From NCBI RefSeq assembly GCF_963921235.1, contig NC_086097.1, positions 2,666,001 to 2,730,000 on the forward strand: a stretch of DNA of 64,000 bases. The letters run 5' to 3'. A program made the position numbers and the translations under genes. Below the pieces are notes generated by a model, which saw only the letters and a list, made by a program, of their open reading frames with translations, was not told the DNA's origin and did not search any database. How positions within the stretch are numbered: the first letter of the stretch is position 1; every line of letters begins with the position of its first letter. Below are positions 34,200 through 44,825 of this stretch, in pieces. This DNA comes from Mobula hypostoma. Lineage: Eukaryota.

Positions 34200-35784
34200 C
34201 CAATTGTCGGAGAATTCAGTTTAATTCAAAGTATTGTAAGAATTGATGCCTTAATGGTTAATTAAAGTATAGCTGACCATAGAGAAAAAAAAACTCAGAG
34301 GTAATGGAGCGAGTCAAGAACGCGACTTCACTCCATGAGCGCTACCGGAAGTCCCAGAGACCCCCTTACTATCGAGTCCCCTATCACAACTGCCCTCCTC
34401 TTCCTTGCCCTACCCTTCTGAGCTACAGGGCCAGACTGTGCCGTAGGCAGGGCCACTGTCGCTTCCCCCGGGTAAGCTGACCCCTCCAACAGTACTCAAA
34501 CAGGAGTACCTGTTGTTAAGGGGCACAGCCACCAGGGTACTCCCCATCACCTGCCTTTTCCCCTTCCCCCTCCTAACCGTGACCCACTTGTCTGCCTCCC
34601 GTGGCCCCGGCGTGACCACCTGCCTTCCACTCCTCTCTATCACCTCCTCGCTCTCCCTGACCAGACGAAGGTCATCGAGCTGCAGCTCCAGTTCCGTAAC
34701 GCGGTCCCTTAGGAGCTGCATCTCGATGCACTTGGCGCAGATGTAGACGTCCGGGAGGCTTGGAGACTCCTGGGCCTCCCACATCCGACACCGAGAACAG
34801 CAAACTGCCCTCACAGTCATAATGCCCCGCTCCTCAAATAGCAACAGAAAATGAATGTGTCCTCTGCCTTTCTCCACTCTCTCACTTGCTTCTCACTTAC
34901 ACTAAACTTCTTAGCAGCTGCACAATTATTCGTTCCTTTAGCAAAATCAACAACCTTCAGCTTGAAGCCAGCATCATATCACATTCGTTTTAATCTTTTG
35001 TACATGGTGGTCACAAACTCAATACTGAGTACATGTACTGATTCCATCACCCTGTGTAATGTTTTAACGAGATTACGATGGGCACTAAATGGTTTCACGG
35101 GGGTTACATTTCAGAGGATTCTTTACCATTGGAGACCTCATCCAAAACTTCCCTCTCTGATTTATTTATTAAGAATTTGCTTATAATGCTCTGCAATGTG
35201 TAGGCCTATTTTCTTAGCGGGTACTGGTACACAAAATTTCCAGGTTCTGGATCCGGCGGAGCTGAGTACCGGCATGTGAGATCTTGTGATCTTTTCTGGT
35301 TAAATCAAAAACCTCTACAAAAGGGGTCGGCTTATACAAAGGTAACATGAAAAAGTCACTTTTTTAACCTTGAAAATGGGGCGGGGGGGGTTTGACTTGT
35401 ACACCGGAATTTATGGGATGTTTTTAAATTAACTTATCACAAATACATAACGGTATACTAAAACTTCCTGACTTCCATTATTATAAAGAGCAAAATAACC
35501 ACCAAATATAACTCATAGGAGTAGAATTAGGCCACCATGGCTTTAAATTTTCCCAATGACCTGGTCTCCACAGCTGCCCTTGGAAAAGAACTCCAGGTTC
35601 GCTTCCCTCTGACACAGAAATTCTTCCTCAAATCTGTTCTAAATGGTTGTCCCTCTGAAGTAGCTCAAAGGGATGGCCAAAATATTTAAGGTAACTGGGA
35701 ATAGGGAACACTTTATGCTTAGCACTACACTCTACATCTCCAGCATCAAACCGTCATTCAGACACCACAAGACAGAAATCAGAA

Positions 35785-36047
35785 CAGTTAGTGTGACGCT
35801 TTTACAGCTTGGGGCGTTGGAGTTCACAGTTCAATACCGTTGAACTCTGTAAAGAGTTTGTGCGCCCTCCCCGTGGAATGCCCACGTGCTCCAGTTTCCT
35901 CCCACAGTCCAAAACCGTACAGGTTAGCAGGTTATTTTGGTCATTGTAAATTGTCCTGTGATTAAGCTAGGGTTAAATCGAGGGTTGCTGGGCAGTGCGG
36001 CTCGAATGGCCTATTTCATGCTCTACCTCTAAATAAATAAAAATAAA
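35785..36047 (+). mobile_element. V-SINE (HE1-like); related copies near 40320-40535, 41430-41640 and 44340-44650
   Basis: V-domain-like tgctccagtttcctcccacagtccaaa...ggtcattgtaaattgtcc and a taaa-repeat tail. Confidence 0.7.
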
Positions 36048-36125
36048 CGTCAACCAAATCTACAGTACATGCTAAACTCATAAAGATCACAAATCAGCAC
36101 CTTGGATCAAGAAAGCACAACTTAC

Positions 36126-36207
36126 CAATGAATGTCTGCTGAGCCTGTGAGTTTCCTCCTACCCTCTGAGAGAAAGAGTGAGGGTAGTTCGAAGCATTAA
36201 CGCCCAT
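36126..36207 (-). CDS. BTBD7: BTBD7 first coding exon (MGVNASNYPHSFSQRVGGNSQAQQTFI-G); whole exon 36321-36126
   Basis: Manual translation matches the vertebrate BTBD7 N-terminus (MGANASNYPHSCSPRVGGNSQAQQTFIG). Donor G|GTAAG after 36126, acceptor ttttcag before 36321. 82 coding nt, phase 1. Confidence 0.95.
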
Positions 36208-36321
36208 TTTCAGGTCAAACCATGCGGCATGCTGGCAGCCAAGTCATCCGCTACAATCTCCAACAGTGGATGCTGGACATCACTTTTAGATCTGCCCTCT
36301 TTGAATTTTGTTCAGCCATTT
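36208..36321 (-). promoter_or_regulatory. BTBD7 5'UTR segment with five upstream AUGs and three uORFs
   Basis: uORFs at 36319-36251 (22 aa), 36247-36215 (10 aa) and 36230-36210 (6 aa). Further internal AUGs at 36280 and 36223. Confidence 0.7.
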
Positions 36322-36499
36322 CTGAAAACAACCAAAACAAATTATTGGCAGCTGTTTAAACAAGATGAAAATTGATTGTTAAAAAGCAAAGTAACCCAGA
36401 AGACTCATACTGTGAAGGAACATCACAGAATCACTTTCGTTTTATAATCCTACTCAAGCTCTCAGGTCTTCTTCCACTGGTCTCTCAAATTTAAATCAT

Positions 36500-36850
36500 T
36501 ATCTTCATGATCATCTCTATGTGCCGTGTCATATAACGTGGGCATCACGGTCCCATGATCAAGATTGTTCTCGGCAAATTTTTTTGCAGAAGTGGTTTGC
36601 CATTGCCTTCTTCTGGGCAGTGTCTTTACAAGATGGGAAACCCCAGCCATTATCAATACTCTTCAGAGATTATCTGCCTGGCATCATAATCAGGACTTGT
36701 GATATATGCCACCATCTGCTCCCATGGCTTCACGTGACCCTGATCAGGGGCTAAGTGGGTGCTACACCCTGCCTAAGGGTGCCCTGCAGGCTAGCAAACG
36801 GAAGAAGCATCTTACATCTCATTTGGTAGAGACGCATCTCCACATGCCAC
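36500..36850 (-). mobile_element. RTE-related 3' end or RTE-derived SINE
   Basis: gaagtggtttgccattgccttct, a motif typical of RTE/BovB-type 3' regions. Confidence 0.5.
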
Positions 36851-36964
36851 TCTAAAATTTAAATCATCTCCCTCAAAAGATAATTGGTAAAACTATAAGG
36901 GATGCAGACTCAATTGACACTTAAATGACAGCTCAAAACCTATTTATTTAACCTTGCTTTCAAC

Positions 36965-37941
36965 TGTAACGCCCTGGGAAAGTTTTCACTGCTAATGTAA
37001 TGGTTTTTCTATAGCAGTAGTGTTTGGGTAATGGCTAGAGATAACGGGGGCTTTGGAATGTGTGCCGTCCAATGAAGGGAGTGTTTTTATCTTGTGGTGT
37101 GCCTGACAACGAGGTAATCTGGGTCTTTTGTTCGGTGAGAGATGGAGAGAAGACGCCAGAGAGGAGAGGTCATAGACAGCAGGACGGAGTGGAATTGGGG
37201 TGGGCTGGGAGTCGACGAAGCCCAGGGAAATCAATGGAGATCTTCCGTCCGTGGACTCACTTTACACCGCACGCTGTCGGAGCAGTGCTGCCAGGATAAT
37301 CAAGGACACGACCCACCCGGCCAACACACTTTTCACCCCTCTTCCCTCCGGGAGAAGGCTCAGGAGCTTGAAGACTCGTATGACCAGATTTGGGAACAGC
37401 TTCTTTGCAACTGTGATAAGACTGCTGAACGGATCCTGACCCAGATCTGGGCCGTACCCTTCAAATATCCGGACATGCATCTCGGTTTTTTTGCACTACC
37501 TTACTTCCCATTTTTCTATTTTCTATTTATGATTTATAATTTAAATTTTAATTTTTACTAATTTTAATATTTTTAATCCAGGGAGTGTGAAGTGCAGAAT
37601 CAAATATCGTTGTGATGATTGTACGTTCTAGTACCAATTGTTTGGCGACAATAAAGTATAAAGTGAGCTCCAACTTGCACATTGGACTGTTTCATTAAAA
37701 TGGGCCCTTTTCTTTTTGTTTTTCTTTACTAAACCTTTAGTCAAATTAAGAATTAAAGAGCTAAATTGTTTAATTGCAAATGGTATACTTTGTTATTTCG
37801 TGGTACTGATTTGTATCGGGGGAAACAGATCACACAGCATCCACACAAACAAGAGGTTTTGCACCTCAGATTTCACACATTTGGCGGGGCTAGAGATCAT
37901 CTTCCCTAGACTAATGCCGCCCGCCGAACCTGAGGGTTACA
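36965..37941 (+). mobile_element. Solo LTR (TGTAAC...GTTACA) carrying a Rex1 3' fragment (about 37240-37661)
   Basis: 4 bp TSD caac on both sides; inverted termini. Insert encodes RIIKDTTHP..LPSGRR..NSFF and has an aataaagtataaa tail. Orientation is tentative. Confidence 0.75.
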
Positions 37942-39227
37942 CAACTAACATCTTTTTATCTTATATTTTCATGTTTGTACTTTATCCCATTGTAAAGCAC
38001 TTTGAACTACGTCGTCTGTATGAAAAGTGCTCTATAAGTAAGATATTGTTATTAACTCAGATGAAATGCATACAGATGGCAATCTCAGAAATCAGAAGAG
38101 CAGTGGGATCTGTGATGCTTGAGGCTTGTTTCTCCATTCAATACTGAATATTCTGATCTTACATTCAACTCCACTTTTGTGTCATCTCTTTAACCACAAT
38201 GTCCTCCAAAGTTGAAAAATCTATATTGGCATTGAGTGTACTTAATGAATCCGTGTCCACAACTCATTGGCAGAGACCAGTTACAAACATTTTACAGCCC
38301 TTTCTTGCACTGAAATGGACACCGCTTTCCCTGAAAAAAAGAAATACTAATATTTCCGATGCTTCACTGTACACTCCATCCATTCCAGTTTTATTTTCCC
38401 CCTTTTAAAATATCCAAGGTAGATGTCAGAAAGATTTAAGGTGAACACTTGATCACATTAACTCAACCAGGGCAGCAGTGAACTCAGACACTGAACAAGG
38501 CCTAGGATCAAATTTATAAATCCAAAAATTAAACAATGTAGCATTATAAAAAATGACCAATGTTCCCTTCATTTGCCTGGATTTGAGCACTTTAGTCGTG
38601 GGATAGGAAAACTACCAAGAGGATCACCAGGGTCTCCCTTCCCCCACACCCCCCATACTATCATTTACTGGGACCACTGTATAGGAAGGGGCGGAAACAT
38701 TGTTCAGAATCCCCACAATCTCTTCAATCCGTCCAGGTACAGGAGTACCAGGCCTACGACTGCCACTCTGGGTAACAGCTTCTTCCCTCAAGCAGGGGGA
38801 ATTGCAGTTAGTCACCTTTTGCACATTGGTTGCTTGTCTGTCTTGTGTGCAGCTTTACATTGATTCTATTGAGTTTGCTTGTATTTACAGTGAATGAAAA
38901 TGAATTTCAGGGAGCATCCACACTTTACGTCTTCCAATGCAGGCAGTGATGGATGAAGTATCTGAATCCTGCCCCAGAGAAATCCTGTAGCCATGTTCCA
39001 GGGTTCAGATACTTGTTCTCCAACAATCACAGCCATCTTCTGTTGCATAAAGTATGCCTGGCCATGGGGAATTTTCCCTTGCTTCCCTTTATCTGTACAT
39101 TTCAGAAAGGTGTTGTAATCCAGAACGTTCTTATTTTGATCTAATGCTACATTCAGATCTGGAACCTAGCAGTACTGGCAAAATACAATCATAATTAAGT
39201 TTAATATCACTGGTATATGTCATGTTG

Positions 39228-39612
39228 TTGAGCAGCTCCATTCCATCTGCCTAAATCAGAACCTCCCAGTGGCCAAACGTTTTAATTCCAATTCCCATTC
39301 TGACATGTGTCAAGATGAGGCCACCATCAAGGTGGAGGAACAACATCTTATATGCTGTCTGGATAGCCTCCAACTTAATGGCACGAATACTAATTTCTCC
39401 TTCTGGTAAAAAAAAAATCTTTCCCCCCTACCCTCTTCATCTATTCCCTACTCTGGCCTCTTGTTTCTTCTCACCTGGCCATCACCTCCCACTGGGTCCT
39501 CCCCTCCTTTCCTTTCTCCTTTGGTGATCTCTCCTCTCCCATCAGATTCCTTCTTCTCCAACCCTTTACCTTTCCTATCCACCTGGTTTCAGCTTTCACC
39601 TTATAGCTACCC
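39228..39612 (+). mobile_element. Penelope-like element, GIY-YIG C-terminal remnant plus pyrimidine-rich pLTR
   Basis: Translates NLPVAKRFNS..HS...DEATIKVEEQHLI..L.SLQLNGTNTNFS. Confidence 0.7.
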
Positions 39613-40731
39613 TCCATACCAGACGGTGATGTAACCAATTGGAATTCTCCCCACAGTACATCTGTAGAAATTTGCAAGTCAGAATAGTGGTAAGTGTTGT
39701 ACCATCAAGAACATCTTCCATATCAGAGTAAACCGAATGAGTAGCATTTCACCCAGTTTAAATAGTCCTGCCTTTTGTGACTATGATGTAGCTGGGAAAC
39801 TTCACATTTTTTAAATCAATGCCAGTGCAATAATTTTACTTGAACTGTAACTGCTCTGAGTGCACTTTCATCATTATCAGGGTGTTCCTTGGTCCCATTT
39901 TAAGACCAGAAGACACAGAAATAGAAGTAGGCCATTCAATTTATTGAATCTGCACCATTTCATCATGGCTAATTTATTATCCCTCTCAATCCCATTCTCC
40001 TGCCTTCTCCCCACAACATTTGACACCCTGACTAATCAAGAATCTATCAACCTCCACTTTAGCCATCTGCAACAATGAATTCCACAGATTCACCACTCTC
40101 TGCCTAAAGAAATTCATCCTCATCTACTCTAAAGGGAAGTTCCTCTATTCTGAAGCTGTGCGCTCTGGTCCTAGACACTCCTTTGTTATATTCAGAGCTT
40201 TCATACATGTCTTGATACCAGGTCATCTCAGGGACCACAGAGAAGTAAAGATGGGTTATTTGCAATCCTGATAAGAGTTTTGCAAATTCTTCAGCCTTAT
40301 GGGCCACTGCAGTGGGGAACGACTGTACCATCGTGGTTCTTACGACACTATCACAGCACAGGGCATCCTCTGTAAACAAGTTTGTACGTTCCTGCCCACG
40401 TGCATGTGGGTTTCCTTCGTTAGTAGGTTAAGTGATCATTGTGATTCGGTTAGGGTTAAATAGGCGTGCTGCTGGGGGGCACGGCAGGGTGGGCCAGAAG
40501 GGTCTGTTCCATGCTGTATCTCGGAATAAAATAATTATGCTTGGGACTTGCATGATTGTGGAGGATGGGATCTCAGTGCCTCTTCTTCCCAACGTCCAGC
40601 ACCATTCCTCACCAAGTATAGGAGATCTGTCGATTGTGATATTATCTAATTGTATTTACTGCAGACTGTCTTGTATGTTGAGCATTTCAGTCCTGTGCTG
40701 CAGCTTTACCGGGTTGCGACTCATTTCTAGG

Positions 40732-41175
40732 TACAAACAAGTGAAAATCTGCAGATGCTGGAAATCCAAGCAACACACACAAAATGCTGGAGGAACTCAG
40801 CAGGCCAGGCAGCTTCTATGGAAAAGAGTACAGTCGACATTTTGGCCTGAAACCCTTATGCAGGACTGGAGAAAAAAAGATGAGTAGATTGAAAAGGTGG
40901 GCAAGGGAGAGAGAAACAAAAGGTGATAGGTGAAACCGGGAAGGGGGGGGGGGGGAAGGCAAAGTAAAGCTCTGTGAAGTTGATTGGTGAAAGAAATACA
41001 GGGCTGGAGAAAGGGGAATCTAATAGAAGGCAGAAGGCCATGGAAGAAAGGGGGAAGGATCACCGCAGGGAGGCAATGGGTAGGCAAGGAGATAAGGTGA
41101 GAGGGAAAAGGGGATGGGCCAGGGCAAGAAGGGGTATGGGGAGAGGGGAGGGGAAAGGGAAAAGGGGAAAATGGA
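40732..41175 (-). mobile_element. Penelope-like pLTR
   Basis: Same family as 7888-8285. Reverse strand cagtc-ctgcata-agggtttcaggcc-aaaat-gtc-gactg. Confidence 0.75.
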
Positions 41176-41639
41176 TCAGTCATGATGAAATAATGGAACA
41201 GACTTGATGGCCTAATTCTGCTTCTATATCTTATGGCATTGTATGCTCTTCTGTACCTGCTGACGAGATTCTGCCCAACATACTCTCACTTGAGCAGGCC
41301 CCAACAATCACAGACTGTCTGCTGCTGCTCATGACCCAGTGCCTCAACTGTGAATTGGAGTACTTGCTCTCAGTAACTATTTTGCATATTCGTAATTACA
41401 AACATAATGGAGGATTTTGTCTCTTATAATAGGGCAGCACCTTAGCATTGCTTTTTAATCTCCAAGTTCAGTTCCCGCAGTTCTCCCGTCACCGCATAGG
41501 CTTCCTCTGGGCGTTCCAGTTCCTCCCACAATCCAAAGGTGTACTGGCCAGGAGATTCACTTAGGTAAAATCCGGGAGAGTAGGTTCATTGGGCCAGAAG
41601 GGCCTGTTACTTACTTGTACCTCTAAATTAAATTAAATA

Positions 41640-42200
41640 TTAATTTATGGAGCACTTTTCATACAGATGATGTAGTTTAAAGTGCTTTACAACGGGATAA
41701 AGTACAAAGTAAAACAAAAAATGAATATGAAAGTGAGAGGCAAAATATCACTTAAAAGCAAGGTTAAATAAATAGGTTTTGAGCTGATGTTTAAAAGAGT
41801 CAACTGAGTCTGCATCCCTTATAGTTTTAGGTTTTGAATTCCACAGTTTAGGAGCATAGTTCAAAAAAAATCTGACCTTCCAATTTTATTTTGAGGGAGA
41901 TTGTTTAAATACAAGAGACCAGCAGATGAAGAGCTGACAGCCCAAGCAGGATTATAAAACAAGAGTGATTCTGTGAGGTATTCTGGTGCCGCACCATTGT
42001 GAACTTTAAAAACAAGTGAACTTTAAAAAATCAATTCTAAAACATACAGGAAGCCAATGCAGAGTAGCTAGGATGGGAGTGATAGGTTCCTGCATCCTGG
42101 TTTTAGCAGCAGCAGCATGCTGAATGAGTTGAAGTTTGTCAACAGATTGCTTCAGAAGGCCAGTAGAAAGTGCACTGCAGTAATCTAAGCTATTCAATAT
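41640..42200 (-). mobile_element. L2-clade LINE 3' fragment
   Basis: LDYCSAL..KLQLIQHAAA..PITPILATLHWLPVCFRIDF. Confidence 0.8.
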
Positions 42201-44054
42201 AACTGTTCAATATCAATACTGTTACAGAGAGATGCATTTTTACCAGAGATCTCATCACAGATGGTCCAGTAGGTTTATATTGTGTGTTGGTTCTTTCACC
42301 ACCTGCTACAGGCTTAATCTGATAGACGTCTCCTACAAGTCGTGAATTAATCACTCTTAATTACAGACACCCAGAGTATTATTCAATGCCCAAAATACTG
42401 ATTCATCACATGGAGAATTAGTGGGTGGGGATCAGCAGTCTTCCTTTCTCAATAAAAGATCTGGTATGTGGAGATTTCATGGCAGCCACAGACAACGCCA
42501 TGAGGTACAAGAGCAGAATTAGGTCATTTGGCCATCAAATTGCTCCACCATTTTGTCATGGCTGATCCATTTTTCCTTTCAGCCCCAATCTCCTGCCTTT
42601 GCCCCATATCCCCTCAGGTCCTGACCAATGAAGAGAATATCAAGCTCTGCCTTAAATATACATACAGACTTGTCTCCACAGCTGCTTGTGGCAAAAAATT
42701 CCACAGACTCACCACTTTACTTAGACTCTCCCACCATAGATGAGAGAACACTGCCTCCGAATAGAGGGGCTTCTTTTTAGACGGAGATGAAGGAGGAATG
42801 TCTTCAGCCAGCGTGGCAAATCTATGAAATTCTTTGCTATAGGATCACTATCTGTGGTGGATATGTCTGGTCACTGAAACAGGAAACATACAAATAAAAC
42901 CAAGTTCAAAAAACACTCCTCCCTCCAGTTCCAGGCTTCATTTACTTATAAAACCCCCTTTTCATCTCACCTCATACCTTTTGCATATTCACTTGGTCCA
43001 GGAGATCACAGGTTTTTTAGAACCATTTCAAACAATCTGTGGACCATGTCATCCTGAGGCCGCCATTCAACCAGTTACTGTAAAAACCAGGTCAGAGTAG
43101 TAGAGCACAGAAGCAGGCCCTTCAACCCGTCTCATTCATGCCAAGCTATTAACCTGCCTAGTCCCATTGACCTAACCCTAACCCAGACCACAGCCCTCCA
43201 TGCCCCTCCCAGGCATGTTTTCCATTCTGTGAATAAAACAGGCAAGAGTCGCTTTCTGTGCTTAATAGTAGTCGCAGCTCTTTACTTCCATTACCAACAA
43301 ACCAAAAGCAGTCGCCTTATACTGCCATTATTATGTCAGACATTATCTCTCAAAGTGAACACAACAACTCAATGACGGTGTTTGTGTACACAGAACAGTT
43401 TCTATCATCAACAATTTGTCATCCGTCACCCTTTACACTACTCTACACAGGCCCGTGCAGAATTAACCAACACCAGCATTGTGAAGCTGTCTTGTCCAGG
43501 CAAGGGTGTGCTGACATGCACATGGTCATGTCGTGATGCAGTGAGTACAGTAGTGGAACAATCCAGGTCTTGGTGGGTCAGTTTAAGGCAATAAACATGT
43601 AATACCCTGATTTAAAACCATACTTTATTGTATTAATAGTTATGTTATTTTAGTTTCTGCAGATTTTCTCAAAATGCAATGTGTTCCTTCAATTACATTA
43701 TACAATTGTTTTTTTCCATCTTTTTTGCTGTTTAAAATAATAATGCAGTTGGTTAAGTTAGGCTTGTTGTAATGGGGAGGGAGGGCAAAGGTGCCAAGGG
43801 GGCCCCACCTCCAGCTTTCTTGGTCTTGAGGCCACATGCTTTGATCATAGCCTCCAGGCCTCCTGGAATGCCCTTAGATACTATATGCCAGAACGCTCAA
43901 ACTGCCGGATTAACACACCATCAAACTGTAGATTACAGGCTTCAACAGTGGCAGAATCAAACTTGAAAGAAAACAATGTAAAATAGTGAAATATATAGTT
44001 TCATGACCTGCCTGGAGAATGTCACTCTTGGTCACGTTGTTCGCTGGTACCATT

Positions 44055-44340
44055 GTCACCTACCCTCCACGGTATATTGGTAGTAATTTGCAAAAGTCTT
44101 TGATGCCATACCAATTTCCCTCAAACTCCAAATGAAATCCAACTGTTGCCGTGACTTCTTTGTAATTGCATCAATATGTTGGGACCACGAAAGATCTTCA
44201 GAGAGGTTGACAATTAGGAACTTGCAACTGTTCACTCTTTCCACTGCTGATTCCTCGATGAGAACTGCTGTGTTCCTCCTCAACAACTCACTCCTGAAGT
44301 CCTCAATCAATTTCTTGGTCTTACTGACATTGAGCGCAAG
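44055..44340 (-). mobile_element. Rex1-like RT fragment
   Basis: VERVNSCKFL..SEDLSWSQHIDAITKKSRQQL. Confidence 0.75.
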
Positions 44341-44825
44341 GTGCCCAGGAGCGTCTGCGCAGCATCACTGTACAGGTAATAGCACTATGGCTGGTAGTCT
44401 CCATCTCCAATGACCCAGGTTCAATACCGACCTCTGGTCCTCTGAATGGGCTTTGCATCTTTGTGATATGACCAAGTGGGCTTCTTCCAAATTCTCCAAT
44501 GACCTCCTGTATCAAAGGTGTCCTTGTTGATTGGTTAACTGTCAAGAGCAAGTTGTCACACATGTCCAGGAGCCTGATAGAATCTGGGAATTTGGTGGAA
44601 ATGAGGGAGAATAAATTGCAAGGTGTATAGAATTAGCACAGAAGTTGATTAATAGTCAGTAGAAATCTCATCAGCTGTTTTCTTCAGTCCTGCCAAAGGG
44701 TTTCCGCTGGAAATGTCAACTGTACCCTTTTCCGAGATGCTGCCTAGCCTGCTGAGTTCCTCCAGCTTTGTGTGGTGCGTGCCTCTGTGAGTGCGTGGCA
44801 TGCGTGTTCTGTGTGTGTGCGCAGT

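Larger units (their letters stand above)
28448..34358 (-). mobile_element. Full-length L1-clade LINE (5911 bp)
   Basis: 15 bp TSD gacccccttactatc (28433-47 / 34359-73). 5' end gggacttccggt; two ORFs; AATAAA followed by a short A-rich tail. Confidence 0.96.
24857..34856 (-). mobile_element. Near full-length CR1 LINE (about 4.1 kb without the nested L1)
   Basis: (tttctatg)x3 tail. TSD gtgtc at 24852-56 and 34857-61. ORF1 34820-27961 (CxxC motifs, SGNH GDS motif) has a 2-nt deletion and the L1 insertion. Confidence 0.95.
23663..35005 (-). pseudogene. pogo-type transposase (Brinker-like DBD, CENP-B HTH, DDE_1), interrupted, with stop and frameshifts
   Basis: 35005-34857 MYKRLKRM*YDAGFKLKVV..VREWRKAED joins in frame to DTLREMPKTK..WPELEEKVLEWV at 24856. 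Then IGNMDETPM, LLVWDTF, LQPLDVSLNKPFK. Confidence 0.9.
23418..35416 (-). mobile_element. pogo-superfamily (POGK/Passer-like) DNA transposon hosting a nested CR1 and L1
   Basis: TIRs ccataaattccggtg (23418) and caccggaatttatgg (35416); TA on the left flank. About 2 kb once inserts are removed. Confidence 0.9.
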
